DNA of 64,000 nucleotides from a virus (IMGVR_UViG_3300050159_000048); one strand, 5' to 3'. Shown: positions 27,474-37,262, numbered from the stretch's first letter. Translations and numbers: made by a program. The notes: generated by a model not told the origin, from the letters alone.

Positions 27474-28180
27474 TTGCGTCTCCAGACCGTAAAGCGCAAG
27501 TCAGGAGCGCTTTCAGCCTTAAACATTTTGTCCATGTTGAAGTGTTTGAGCACATAGTTCACGGGGAAGAACAGATCAGCTTCAACATCCTTGTTTACCA
27601 CAGTGATGTACGCCGTATCCGCTTTCGCGATTCCCTCACGATATATGCGCTCGCCGCCGATGAAGAACACCATCTTACTGATGTCCTCATCGATGATGTA
27701 CTTATCAACCTCCCCAATCGAAGTGACTGCCGTTGCATTATCCCGAGGCAGAGGACTGGAGGTAACCACAAAACATCTACGGTTAGGTAGCACACTACTT
27801 TGTGCCTTGTCGCCAAGACGTTTGTTGATATCATCGTACGTGGCACGACCCATCACACAGATTTGGTTCGACGTGGTCTGTTGAAACCACTTGAAATCTT
27901 CCGGATAATTCCACGGAATTTCCCCATCTTTGGAGAACCCACCTTTCTCGTCAACCGCGACAATTGCAGCGTATTGGCGCCGCGGAGCAGTATTGATCTC
28001 GTGCTGCGTCAGTTGAGCAAAGTGTGCTGCTTTCATCGCTTCAATTTCATGAACGCGTTGTTCGGCTCGGTGCTTGAGACGCGCTTCAAGTTCCACACGC
28101 ACTTGTTCCTTCTGCTCGGGAGGCATCCCGGTAGTAAACTCTTCAAATGCGCGTTTTTGATGGTCACTCATCATCGTCAT
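27470..28180 (-). CDS. folA: Dihydrofolate reductase with ~65 aa N-terminal extension
   Basis: AIVAVD..GGF..GEIPW..PEDF..F, VMGRAT, LPNR, IGGERIY, ADLFFP. Confidence 0.92.
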   Translation of the reverse strand: MTMMSDHQKRAFEEFTTGMPPEQKEQVRVELEARLKHRAEQRVHEIEAMKAAHFAQLTQHEINTAPRRQYAAIVAVDEKGGFSKDGEIPWNYPEDFKWFQQTTSNQICVMGRATYDDINKRLGDKAQSSVLPNRRCFVVTSSPLPRDNATAVTSIGEVDKYIIDEDISKMVFFIGGERIYREGIAKADTAYITVVNKDVEADLFFPVNYVLKHFNMDKMFKAESAPDLRFTVWRRK

Positions 28181-28421
28181 GGGTTTGCAGATCCTCTACG
28201 ATAGTTCTACGGCGGCGAGCCGGCGGCATGCGAACTGTGTCTTTGTACAGTTCGTAATATTCGTCAAATTCAGTGTGATCGGTGTTGCGGATGAAGTCCT
28301 TGAAGTCCATCAGCTGATCAGATTTTTGATCAGGTGTCAGTTCAGGGAGAGCCCAAATTTCTTGGCGTCGTCCTTCTAGAATGATACTGTACTTACTGCT
28401 AACACCATCACCGTGAATCAT
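28164..28421 (-). CDS. Hypothetical protein
   Basis: Coupled ORF. Confidence 0.5.
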   Translation of the reverse strand: MIHGDGVSSKYSIILEGRRQEIWALPELTPDQKSDQLMDFKDFIRNTDHTEFDEYYELYKDTVRMPPARRRRTIVEDLQTHDDDE

Positions 28422-28828
28422 ACGAAATCTTGCTCCATTATTGGGTTCCTGAGACAGGCCATCATGCTGATCCGCGCCTCTTCGTACCGCGGATCGTGAT
28501 GAAGGATATTCTCCCGCATCTGCGGCGTTAAGTCAAGGAAGTAACGATCAACGGACAGGCCGCACAGACCGCACCCCAGCAGGTGCGCTACAGATAAGAA
28601 ACGAAATTGTTGCCGTCCAACCTGTACGATATGGCGAACATTCCTAACCACCGGTTGTTTTTCAGCCATTAGCTTTGATGCAAACTGAGCGGCAGCTAAT
28701 TCTGCTGCTCTTGCGGTTGGTCCAATGTATACGTATTGGTTAGATGGATCGCCAAGATCCACCTCACCCATCAATAGATCAACATATTGAGTTGTTTGTT
28801 CATGATTCTTTTTCACGTAATGTGTCAT
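28418..28828 (-). CDS. Hypothetical protein
   Basis: ATGA-coupled to ligase C fragment. Confidence 0.6.
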   Translation of the reverse strand: MTHYVKKNHEQTTQYVDLLMGEVDLGDPSNQYVYIGPTARAAELAAAQFASKLMAEKQPVVRNVRHIVQVGRQQFRFLSVAHLLGCGLCGLSVDRYFLDLTPQMRENILHHDPRYEEARISMMACLRNPIMEQDFV

Positions 28829-29625
28829 AGCATAGCCTTCAGTTCGTCTTGAGAAATTACAGTAACGCCCAAATCGCGCGCCTTCACTGCTTTCCCAGAT
28901 GTGCTGTTGGGCTCTGCTGTGACCAGATACGTGGTCTTGCTGCTAACTCCGGTGCTCATCACACCACCCACATCAACGATTTGCGCTTCTAGTTCTTTGG
29001 AGCGGAACCCAGTGAACACGAACGACTTACCAGACAGATGGCCTTGTTTCTTCGCAACGAATGCGGCGATCGACACATACTTATCAATCGCGCTAAGGAA
29101 CTTCAAGAAAGTGGGGTAGCCAGCAACAATCTTCTTGGCCGTCTTGACGTCGAAGCCTTCCACAGCAACGATTGCATTCAGATCGGCACACTTTGCCATA
29201 TCACCAGCAAATGCTTCTTCCAGTTTCTTCATCTTTCGCACCCCAACGCCGCGTCCGAACGCGGCGCACGATCCCATCAGCACGTGCATCGGGATGTTGG
29301 TGAAACGCTCGCGCATGTTGGTGAAAATCTTCTTACCAATTGCCATACTACCGACCAAGCTGCCGATGTCTTCCAGCGTCAGAGGAATGATCTTTTCAGG
29401 AGTATCGAACCCCATGTCGAACATTTGGCGCAGATTGCCTTCACCGAGGTGAGGGATGTCAACGGATGAGAAGAAGTCAACCAGACGTTCAAACCGAGCA
29501 GTTTCGTTGTTTGCAGCATCAACGGCTACTGCATCGACCCCTGTCTCATTCCAATGCCAATCACCTAGGTTATCCAGTTGAGCGTTAAACCATGTTTCGT
29601 ATGCTTGTTTGTATTCGGGGGTCAT
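28825..29625 (-). CDS. ligA: NAD-dependent DNA ligase, C-terminal fragment (HhH + BRCT)
   Basis: WNETGVD, GVGVRKMKK HhH, BRCT LSGKSFVFTGF..GVSSKTTYLV..K..KARDLGV; GGAG SD. Confidence 0.9.
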   Translation of the reverse strand: MTPEYKQAYETWFNAQLDNLGDWHWNETGVDAVAVDAANNETARFERLVDFFSSVDIPHLGEGNLRQMFDMGFDTPEKIIPLTLEDIGSLVGSMAIGKKIFTNMRERFTNIPMHVLMGSCAAFGRGVGVRKMKKLEEAFAGDMAKCADLNAIVAVEGFDVKTAKKIVAGYPTFLKFLSAIDKYVSIAAFVAKKQGHLSGKSFVFTGFRSKELEAQIVDVGGVMSTGVSSKTTYLVTAEPNSTSGKAVKARDLGVTVISQDELKAML

Positions 29626-29634
29626 GGGGTTCTC

Positions 29635-29642
29635 CATAAATA
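29635..29642 (+). promoter_or_regulatory. Late promoter CATAAATA for endonuclease
   Basis: Overlaps the antisense GGAG SD of ligase C fragment. Confidence 0.55.
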
Positions 29643-29667
29643 AACGGAATGACATCACTTACCGTGT

Positions 29668-29696
29668 AGTATACGGTTGAATTTCGAAAAGATCAA
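29668..29696 (-). promoter_or_regulatory. Sigma70-like promoter for ligase C fragment
   Basis: GTTGATC-17-TATACT. Confidence 0.7.
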
Positions 29697-29698
29697 CA

Positions 29699-30442
29699 AT
29701 GAAACGACTAACATTTGACCAATTTGTCCAAAAGAGTAGGCTCATACATGGGGACAAATATCAGTACACGACCTATCATAAGAATTCTGTTAAGACAGAA
29801 ATAATTTGCCCCAACCACGGATCATTTTGGCAACGACCACTGGATCACATGCGTAGCGATGGTTGTCCAGTGTGTAAGTTTGAACACCTTGCTTCACTAA
29901 AGCGTGGAAATGTTGCATCGTTTATTAAGCGTGCTATTAATGTGCACGGAGACGTATACGATTATTCGCAAGTAATATATGTGAACGCTATTACGCCTGT
30001 TGAAATAATTTGTCCCAACCACGGATCATTTTGGCAAACTCCTGATAAGCACACTTCAGGCCAAACTCGCTGTCCCAAATGTTCACAACAATCGTCGCAT
30101 GGAGAGGCTGAGATTGAAAGGTGGTTAGACCAGCACGGTATTCAATACGAACGAGAGAAGCGGTTCGATGATTTGTGTGGTAGTACCCCAAATTCACGGC
30201 TGCGGTATGACTTCTTCTTACCAGCTTACAACATGCTGGTAGAGTTTGATGGCGAACAGCACTTTACCCCGGTTCGTACAAAGGGTAAGCTATCAACCGA
30301 GCAGGCTGTCGTCAAACATCAACGTACAGTTGAAAACGACGGTAAGAAAACAGCGTATGCGGAGAAGCATGGGTATCAGCTTCTCCGCATACGATATGAC
30401 CAGGACATCAATTCTCACCTTGCAGCGCGGGTGCGGTTATAG
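29699..30442 (+). mobile_element. Free-standing homing endonuclease (DUF723-like repeats + PD-(D/E)XK Vsr/DUF559-like nuclease), antisense within ligA
   Basis: IHGDKYQY, repeated ICPNHGSFWQ, RYDFFLP..LVEFDGEQH. Confidence 0.85.
29798..30037 (+). repeat. 36-bp direct repeat (29798-29833 and 30002-30037) encoding the endonuclease Zn-binding repeats
   Basis: gaaataatttg(c/t)cccaaccacggatcattttggcaa, one mismatch. Confidence 0.9.
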
Positions 30443-30722
30443 TGGGCGTGATTTCGTTTGAAGTGTTCGACCTTTCGGCATGTATGTGCTTGATGTTAAT
30501 GAGGGCAATTGGTATGTTGCCATACACACTACCTGTACCGATCCATTCATCCTTCTCATACAACTCCATTTGCATTTCTGGTGTCGGTCGACAACCATCC
30601 ATCCTAACAGTAACCTTTGCGTCACCCAAGTGTGGTTTTGCTTCCCGAAACCACACTTTAATTTGACAAGCAGGGCTGGTGAGAGGGGGACATTGCCAAT
30701 ACCAGAGCGTATAGTGTCTTTT

Positions 30723-31916
30723 TCATTTCATATTCTCCAAGGGCATGGGTTCAATGCACCGCAAAATTTGCGGAATGACATCGCCCGCGCGGGTAATTTC
30801 AATCTTGGCTCCAGGACCGATGCCGTTGTCCTTGATGAACTTAGCATTAAAGCCAGTCAGGTTGGAAATGGTGACGCCAACCAGATCAACCGGATGAATC
30901 TGAACGCGCGGCTTGTAGTAGCCATCCTTCGACACGTTCCACTCAACTTGTCGCACGGTAGCAACAGCAAGGTTTGATGAGTCAGCAACCTTGAACTTGA
31001 CCGCGTATTCTGGATTCAGCTCATCGGTTGCCAGGCGAGCGCGGGTTGCTGCTGCGTCGATGTCAATCACAATACCGTCAATTTCGTATTCCGTAACAGC
31101 CCGACGGTCGTTCAGCAGCTTGGTCAGGCGATCGTCGTTCCAATAGTCGGCTTGACCAATTGAGTATTCAGCAACCTTGAAGCCCCACTTTGCCAATTGT
31201 TCAAGTTGGTCAACCTTGGCCATCTTGCTGCCAACAATTTCGTACGCGACCGTATCAATCGCAGTGTACACTTCGGGATGGTTCTCCGACGAATTCATCA
31301 AGCCGGAGACCATGTTGCGGGGATTTTTGTAGATTCGGCCACCACGCGCAAACTTGCCGGTATTGATTCGACTAAATGATGCAGGGGAGATGATGTTTTC
31401 CGCACGAATCGTCACCGTGTCGCCAGTCAAGTTTGTGATTTGCTTGGGGACATTGTGAATTTTAGAAACGTGCCGTGTGATATCTGCACCCTCTTCGCCG
31501 TCGCCGCGTGAATATGCGATTTGCAGCTTGCCGTCAGTGTCGTACACAAGCATTGCGCTTGCACCGTCCAACTTATCGCTGATCACAATCAGATCGGTTG
31601 TCAGACCATGTTTGGCAATCCACCTGACGTAATCGCCTTGGTACACTTGATTCAGTGAGCCCATCTTGTATGGCAGCTTGATTTTTCCACCACGAACTGC
31701 ACTACCAATGCCAGTGAAGTAGGCATCAGCAGGACTGGTCTTCTGAGCGTACTGCTTCAGAGCGTCGTACTGGTTATCTTCCATCAAAGGCTCTTGATCA
31801 TTGAAGAACGCGTCATCCGCTGCTTTGAGCAACTCAATAACCGTGGCAATTTCAACGTCTTCGTATGAGCCGAAAACGAACATTTCTTCAACAAGGCGCT
31901 TATGATCAGTAGACAT
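30723..31916 (-). CDS. ligA: NAD-dependent DNA ligase, N-terminal fragment (adenylation + OB)
   Basis: DKLDG (adenylated Lys), YSRGDG..G.DIT, EIDGIV, AVKFK, TRAGDVIP; ends right after OB fold. Confidence 0.93.
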   Translation of the reverse strand: MSTDHKRLVEEMFVFGSYEDVEIATVIELLKAADDAFFNDQEPLMEDNQYDALKQYAQKTSPADAYFTGIGSAVRGGKIKLPYKMGSLNQVYQGDYVRWIAKHGLTTDLIVISDKLDGASAMLVYDTDGKLQIAYSRGDGEEGADITRHVSKIHNVPKQITNLTGDTVTIRAENIISPASFSRINTGKFARGGRIYKNPRNMVSGLMNSSENHPEVYTAIDTVAYEIVGSKMAKVDQLEQLAKWGFKVAEYSIGQADYWNDDRLTKLLNDRRAVTEYEIDGIVIDIDAAATRARLATDELNPEYAVKFKVADSSNLAVATVRQVEWNVSKDGYYKPRVQIHPVDLVGVTISNLTGFNAKFIKDNGIGPGAKIEITRAGDVIPQILRCIEPMPLENMK

Positions 31917-31932
31917 GGGTTCTCCAAACGAA

Positions 31933-31964
31933 AAGAGGACGGATGCTGAATTATCCGTCCTCTT
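31933..31964 (-). terminator. Hairpin after thyA overlapping the ligA promoter
   Basis: aagaggacggat...atccgtcctctt. Confidence 0.6.
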
Positions 31965-31978
31965 CGTGGATATGTCAA
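31950..31978 (-). promoter_or_regulatory. Sigma70-like promoter for ligA
   Basis: GTTGACA-17-GATAAT. Confidence 0.7.
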
Positions 31979-31981
31979 CGC

Positions 31982-32995
31982 TTACACTGCGACGTCCATA
32001 GTGATCGTTGGGTGTGATTGATAACCTTCAATAACAAAGTCTTCATATTTGAAGTCATCGATGTCAGAGACAGGTCGGGTGAACTTGAACTTTGGAGGAT
32101 CGTACGAATCCAACAGGAGTTGGCCACGCAGTTTGTCCACATGATTTTCGTAGATGTGAACATCGCCGCCATTCCACACAAAGTCTCCAGGGACCATGTT
32201 TGCAACTTCACACAACATTCGCAGTAAGATGCTGTATTGGACGATGTTGAACGGCACACCGAGACCCACGTCACATGAGCGCTGATTCAACATCAAAGAC
32301 AACTCATACCGCGGAATGTTGGCATCATCGAGCCAGGCAGACACATCTGACTCATTATCCAGAACGTCGTTGAGGCTGTATGTCTTACCAGCAATCTTCA
32401 TCCGCTCCACTTCTGTTAGAGGACGAGCGTAACATTGGAATGTGTAGTGACACGGAGGTAGAGCTTGGTTGCCCATAGCCACATTCTGATCAAACGACAG
32501 TGATGTATCAGGTAGAACTGAGGGATTCCAGCCAGTCACAATCATCCGACGATCTTCTGGGTTGGTGCGTAGGAGATGAACCAGTCGACCAATTTGATCA
32601 ATTGGTTGTTCATCGACATAGAACAGAGGTTCATCCGCTGGATTATCAAACTCTGTGATCACGTAATTGGGCCAGCTGCGCCACATAACACCATACACTG
32701 GACCGAGCTGACCGGACTTATCAGCCCACTCATCCCAGATCGTGACATTGTGCTCCTTGAGATAGCTGATGTCACCAGTGCCCATCATATACCACAAGAT
32801 TTCACGAACGATACCGCGGGTGAACATCTTCTTTGTGGTCAGCATTGGGATAGTGCCGTCTCGCAGATTGAACCGCATTTGGTATCCAAAAACCGAACGG
32901 GCGGGTTTACCTGTCCGGTTTTGTTTAACAATGCCGTTATCTAAGACGTACTGTACCAAATCGTGGTATTGCTTATCGTGTTTATTTAGAGTCAT
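31982..32995 (-). CDS. thyA: Thymidylate synthase
   Basis: TTKK, IWDEW, RRMIV, LPPCH, QRSCDVGLGVPFN, HIYENH. Confidence 0.97.
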   Translation of the reverse strand: MTLNKHDKQYHDLVQYVLDNGIVKQNRTGKPARSVFGYQMRFNLRDGTIPMLTTKKMFTRGIVREILWYMMGTGDISYLKEHNVTIWDEWADKSGQLGPVYGVMWRSWPNYVITEFDNPADEPLFYVDEQPIDQIGRLVHLLRTNPEDRRMIVTGWNPSVLPDTSLSFDQNVAMGNQALPPCHYTFQCYARPLTEVERMKIAGKTYSLNDVLDNESDVSAWLDDANIPRYELSLMLNQRSCDVGLGVPFNIVQYSILLRMLCEVANMVPGDFVWNGGDVHIYENHVDKLRGQLLLDSYDPPKFKFTRPVSDIDDFKYEDFVIEGYQSHPTITMDVAV

Positions 32996-33170
32996 TTTTC
33001 ACTACAAAGAGTACGTCGTCCCGTACCCACTTTTTCCAGGTTCCGACGATCGTGTCCACAGGCGTAACCTCGTGGACAATATCAACACGCTTACTGGGGA
33101 GGGTATTGGTGGCGGTCCTCCCCGTCTTGCGCACCTCTACGTTGTCGTAGACGTATGTTACTTCACTCAT
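32982..33170 (-). CDS. Small hypothetical protein
   Basis: ATGA-coupled to Thg1. Confidence 0.55.
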   Translation of the reverse strand: MSEVTYVYDNVEVRKTGRTATNTLPSKRVDIVHEVTPVDTIVGTWKKWVRDDVLFVVKNDSK

Positions 33171-33907
33171 TCTGCCACCTTATCGATGTACACGTGTTGT
33201 TCAATATATGCCCGGTCTTGGGAGAAGATCGGGATGTTCTTATCAACCCCGTCGCGGGTCACGCATGTACCCCGTCGCATCCACGTTGGCAAATCATTCC
33301 AGTTGGCGCTGTGTTCGGCCATCAGCATATCTTGAACTTCACTGTTGCTCTTGCCGTGCATTTGCTTGGAAGAGAAGAAGTGACGACCATACATCTGCAC
33401 ACTGTTCCTGGACGCGTCGTTTTGGCGCCACAAGAAGTAATTGGCAACTTCTTCTTTGGGGAGGTTATACGCTCGGCTATCAAATTTAGCCATATCTTTC
33501 ATAGACATTGGAGTGCGAACTTCACCAAACTTGAAGTTGAAAGCTGCGGTGGCTTCAGCGGCTGATACCGATACAATCTTCTGTAAGTTGTTGTCAAACC
33601 AAGCTTCCGTCTCAAATGTATCCCAGTCACGCAGAAGTAGTGAGATTTCATCACTCTGTGTATAGCCGAGGACACATCCTTGCATGGTGTCAACAAGGTG
33701 TTGTGTGGTGAATGTCATCACTTCATTCATGATCACGCTGAAAGGTGTCTTGTCGAGTGAGACATCATATTTTGATAGGCACTTGGTCCAGGTGTGGAAC
33801 GCTTTGCCGTCAATGCGCACGATTACGGGCGTGCGCTTCATCAGATCACTTTGCGTGACCGATTCGTACCGCTTCATGCGGTCGCCCAAACTGTCTTTGG
33901 TTGTCAT
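33167..33907 (-). CDS. thg1: tRNA-His guanylyltransferase / Thg1-like 3'-5' polymerase
   Basis: LGDRMKRYE, VRIDGKAFH, YTQSDEISL, FDSR, YFLWRQND. Confidence 0.95.
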   Translation of the reverse strand: MTTKDSLGDRMKRYESVTQSDLMKRTPVIVRIDGKAFHTWTKCLSKYDVSLDKTPFSVIMNEVMTFTTQHLVDTMQGCVLGYTQSDEISLLLRDWDTFETEAWFDNNLQKIVSVSAAEATAAFNFKFGEVRTPMSMKDMAKFDSRAYNLPKEEVANYFLWRQNDASRNSVQMYGRHFFSSKQMHGKSNSEVQDMLMAEHSANWNDLPTWMRRGTCVTRDGVDKNIPIFSQDRAYIEQHVYIDKVAE

Positions 33908-33965
33908 GGTAGGGTAATCCTTAGTTGAAATTACCCTACCATTTTACTCTAGGTCAACAATTACC

Positions 33966-34748
33966 TCAACCAGCTAAAGCATTCATTTCTTCAGCCGCGA
34001 TGATCCACGATTTCACAAAATCACTACGAATGATGTCGTGCTGCGTGAATGTTACGTTTGTAAATGCACCCATGCGGTCCGTAACTTTCATCATCATTTC
34101 CATACCGCTAACTTCACCCTTCTTACGAAGGTCGGTTTGGGGCAGGTCTCCTGCAAGAATGATGCGAGAATTGCGTCCCAGGCGAGTCATGATGGTGTTA
34201 ATCTCATGGAACGTCATTGATTGAACTTCGTCCACCACAATCACCGCATCATCCCAAGTAAGACCGCGAATGAAAGACGTGGTTTGGAAATCAACCATGT
34301 TGCTTTCCTTCATGTCTTGGTATGTTGTCGAGCGACCCATCAGTTCGTGGAAGATGTCCTTGTAAGGCATTTCATACAGGGCTGCCTTTTCTTCAAGTGT
34401 ACCTGGCATGAAGCCGAGGTCGCGGGTAGGTACGGCGGATCGAACAAGAATGATCTTCTTGCATTCGGATTCTGGGTTCAACACTTCCTGCAATGCCAGA
34501 TAGATTGCCAAGAATGTCTTACCAGTGCCGGCAGAACCTGATGCTACGATGTTTTGTCCCTCCATGAAATCGTAGATCATTTCGCGCTGTGCTGGTGTAA
34601 GTGGCTTGATGTCGTGGAGATCGTGACGAGACCAGTGCTTGCGCTTCGTCGGACCTTCTGTGACTGCTCGTCCGTTAGCGAGCAGTGCTTGTTCTAGTTG
34701 ATATACGTTATTGCGAACTGATGCTTTAAGGGCACGTTTACGGGACAT
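33966..34748 (-). CDS. phoH: PhoH-like ATPase
   Basis: GSAGTGKT, RSAV, GFMPG, IRGLT, DEVQ, GDLPQTD. Confidence 0.95.
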   Translation of the reverse strand: MSRKRALKASVRNNVYQLEQALLANGRAVTEGPTKRKHWSRHDLHDIKPLTPAQREMIYDFMEGQNIVASGSAGTGKTFLAIYLALQEVLNPESECKKIILVRSAVPTRDLGFMPGTLEEKAALYEMPYKDIFHELMGRSTTYQDMKESNMVDFQTTSFIRGLTWDDAVIVVDEVQSMTFHEINTIMTRLGRNSRIILAGDLPQTDLRKKGEVSGMEMMMKVTDRMGAFTNVTFTQHDIIRSDFVKSWIIAAEEMNALAG

Positions 34749-34933
34749 AGGTCAAGCCTCCTAAGTGAATAGGTGTTGTTTAGGTTGGTGGGGATTGCGC
34801 GGAGAACTCCGCAGAGGAACTTGAACGGGAAAAGAAAAAGAGACAGTGTGTGATATGCATCATTTTCCTAACCGGTGATAGGGTAGGTAAAGATATTTAT
34901 CACACACTGTCTCCAAACGAAAAAAATGTGAGT

Positions 34934-35260
34934 TCACCGCGGTTTACGTGGTGGTTTCGCGGGATCTTTGAACCAGTTGTCGATTGCGCCAATCGTATAC
35001 AGGTTTGTGAATCCGTACTGCTCCAAGTAGCCTAAAACTGTGTTGACGGTTGTGTCAGTATCAGTCACGCCGAAAGCAATGATTCGTGTTGCTTTCGGGT
35101 GTTTAAGCATTTGAGCAAGTTGGTGTGTTGCTAGATTTACAGCACCAGGGATAGTACCGTCACGAAAGTGGACGGGTGTCCGAGCATCCAACAGGACAGC
35201 CCCCTTAGCTAGGAGCTGTTTTGCCTTTGCGACGCTGATGCGTTGTCCTGTTGTATTCAT
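34934..35260 (-). CDS. Rhodanese-like domain protein
   Basis: LLDART..HF..GTIPGAVN. Confidence 0.8.
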   Translation of the reverse strand: MNTTGQRISVAKAKQLLAKGAVLLDARTPVHFRDGTIPGAVNLATHQLAQMLKHPKATRIIAFGVTDTDTTVNTVLGYLEQYGFTNLYTIGAIDNWFKDPAKPPRKPR

Positions 35261-35269
35261 ATCATGTCC

Positions 35270-35914
35270 TTAGAATCCCTCAGCGTCTGCGTCAGGCACA
35301 TTACCAGCATTCAGGCGCTCCTCTAGTAGGTTACGCTCGGCGTCAATGTCGCGATCAATCGTCGCTTCAGCGCTGAACTTGCTCCCCTTGTTGCGCGAAC
35401 GCAACTTGGCGATATTTACTTCTTGAATTTGCTCCCAATCACCACCCAAGGCGTCGACGGCGATTGCGTGGTACCAGTTCAAATCACCCAACTCTTCCAG
35501 AATGTTGATGCCATCAATCTCTGTGTCTTCGGTGATTGCTGTGTGCAGGGCTTCCAACAGTTCTACAGCCTCAGTGGCCAGACCAATGATGGCATGAGCC
35601 ACACGTGGGTTGATTTTCTGCAGTGTACGGACGGGGGATGGGCCAGCAGAGTCACCAGGGAAAGTACCAGCTGATGCAAGCGGAGCTGCTCGGCGGAGTG
35701 CTTGAGCGTTGAGGGCGAGGCGATCCTGACGCGCGGATGCTTTCTTAGGGTCCGTTGGCAGACCGTAGAATGTGTCTTTCTTGATTACGTCCAGCAGGTT
35801 ACCTGCTGCGATCGTTGCTTCAAGCACATAGGTCAGGTGTTGAACGTCGGTAGTAACGTTGTCGATGACGCTCTCTGTTTCGATAGCTTTGGAGATGTAG
35901 TCTTGTAGGTTCAT
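35270..35914 (-). CDS. MazG-like NTP pyrophosphohydrolase
   Basis: GLATEAVELLE, EELGDLNWY, NIAKLRSR. Confidence 0.85.
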   Translation of the reverse strand: MNLQDYISKAIETESVIDNVTTDVQHLTYVLEATIAAGNLLDVIKKDTFYGLPTDPKKASARQDRLALNAQALRRAAPLASAGTFPGDSAGPSPVRTLQKINPRVAHAIIGLATEAVELLEALHTAITEDTEIDGINILEELGDLNWYHAIAVDALGGDWEQIQEVNIAKLRSRNKGSKFSAEATIDRDIDAERNLLEERLNAGNVPDADAEGF

Positions 35915-35969
35915 GGGATTGTATCCTCTTATGGTTGTGTGGATACAATCCCAGTTTATTTGGGGGTTG

Positions 35970-36554
35970 TCAACTGTCGAATACGGTTTCAACGATTGTG
36001 TTGATGGTTTCTTGGTGCAGTAGCACTTCGAAATGATTAGTGCCAATCTCCACATGATTAGCATACCACACCGCTCGTTGACTGGCAAGACTGACAACAC
36101 CGTCTGTCTGACCAATGCCGGGATACGTGCGACCGTTGGTGGCGATGATGCTGGTGATGCGATCGAAGTCAATTCGGTCAGCTGACCGAATTGTTTGGTA
36201 TACAGGATGGTTTGGATGAACGTTGGCTAGTACCGGAGAGAAGTGAGATGCAAACGGAACACGAGACACCTCACACCCACCAAGAGGAGAAGCGATTGTG
36301 GTAATCGATTCAACGTTGTCACTGCGAAGGGCAGCGAATAGAGAGATCACGCCACCAAGACTGTGGCCAACCAAATGAACCTTTTCGGGATAGGTCGTCA
36401 GTAGAGTTTGCAAGCGATCACACGTCTCGAGCAACGGAGCTGTTGCATCATATGCAAACAGGTCTTCGTTGTGGTCAGGCAGACTGTTAATGATGTGTTC
36501 AAAACTGAGCGGAGTCATGTAGGCTCCGTGAACGTATACGATTGTAGGTTTCAT
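35970..36554 (-). CDS. Alpha/beta hydrolase (lipase/esterase-like)
   Basis: VHG, GHSLGG, IASPLGG, DGVV, NH. Confidence 0.88.
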   Translation of the reverse strand: MKPTIVYVHGAYMTPLSFEHIINSLPDHNEDLFAYDATAPLLETCDRLQTLLTTYPEKVHLVGHSLGGVISLFAALRSDNVESITTIASPLGGCEVSRVPFASHFSPVLANVHPNHPVYQTIRSADRIDFDRITSIIATNGRTYPGIGQTDGVVSLASQRAVWYANHVEIGTNHFEVLLHQETINTIVETVFDS

Positions 36555-36562
36555 GGCAATGA

Positions 36563-36586
36563 AGAAAGGGCCCGGAGGCCCTTTCT
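36563..36586 (-). terminator. Intrinsic terminator
   Basis: agaaagggcc-cgga-ggccctttct. Confidence 0.75.
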
Positions 36587-36587
36587 G

Positions 36588-37175
36588 TTAGTTGAGTTTG
36601 ATTGGGTGCAGGATTCGACTGTCCTTTGTCACTCGACTTTTCAGAAATTCCATCTGATCCGCAAGGATGTTGCGGTTCATCAGGATCAGGTATTCTGATC
36701 GGTTCGGAGCGTACGGCAGATACAGAAGCTTCATGCCAGCTTGTTCCAGCGTGCGGTCATCCTTCAGTTTGTTGCAGCCGCCACATGCAGTGACAACGTT
36801 AGTCCAGACGTCCGGGCCACCACGAGAGCGCGCCACAATGTGGTCACGGGTCAAGTGGTCATGACCGAATTCGTTACCGCAGTATGCGCAAATGTGTTGG
36901 TCACGTCTGAACAGGGCTCGATTGGTAAGAGTGGGAATGCGAAAGCGACCCTTATCACCAATCTCACCCTTGACTGCAATGATCGTGTTCAGATCCATTG
37001 ATGATTGTTCACCCGTTAGGGCGTTTTCACCACCATAAATCGTGAACTCATCCTCTCCATAGACCCATGCGATGAGGTCTTTTGCCTTGTAGTAGGCAGC
37101 ATCCTCATATGTCATCCAACGGCATGGATTGCCTGCGACGTCAAGTTGTAGAATCAGCGGGTGTTCTCTCGCCAT
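36588..37175 (-). CDS. HNH endonuclease (bacterial McrA-like family)
   Basis: LFRRD..CAYCG..LTRDHIV..SRGG..W.NVVTAC..CN..K. Confidence 0.9.
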   Translation of the reverse strand: MAREHPLILQLDVAGNPCRWMTYEDAAYYKAKDLIAWVYGEDEFTIYGGENALTGEQSSMDLNTIIAVKGEIGDKGRFRIPTLTNRALFRRDQHICAYCGNEFGHDHLTRDHIVARSRGGPDVWTNVVTACGGCNKLKDDRTLEQAGMKLLYLPYAPNRSEYLILMNRNILADQMEFLKSRVTKDSRILHPIKLN

Positions 37176-37233
37176 GATAATCTCCAGAAATTGTGGGGGA
37201 TTCCCACAATTTATTTATCGTGGGAATTTCATC

Positions 37234-37262
37234 ACTATAACAGAGGGGTTGAGGTAAGTCAA
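37234..37262 (-). promoter_or_regulatory. Sigma70-like promoter
   Basis: GTTGACT-17-TATAGT. Confidence 0.7.

Noticed and set aside
29626-30722. Self-splicing intron or intein in ligA
   Set aside because: The nuclease is antisense, the N half ends in a stop, the C half has its own promoter and SD, and there are no group I/II or intein motifs. One hairpin (about 30628-30659) is insufficient. RT-PCR is still advisable.
30408-30726. Single 100-aa ORF between ligase N half and endonuclease
   Set aside because: The ATG at 30726 hits a stop after 22 codons. The GTG ORF 30408-30656 starts inside a hairpin without an SD.
36588-37175. HNH as a fourth homing insertion
   Set aside because: It belongs to a bacterial McrA-like family, has its own promoter and terminator, and has no flanking gene stub.
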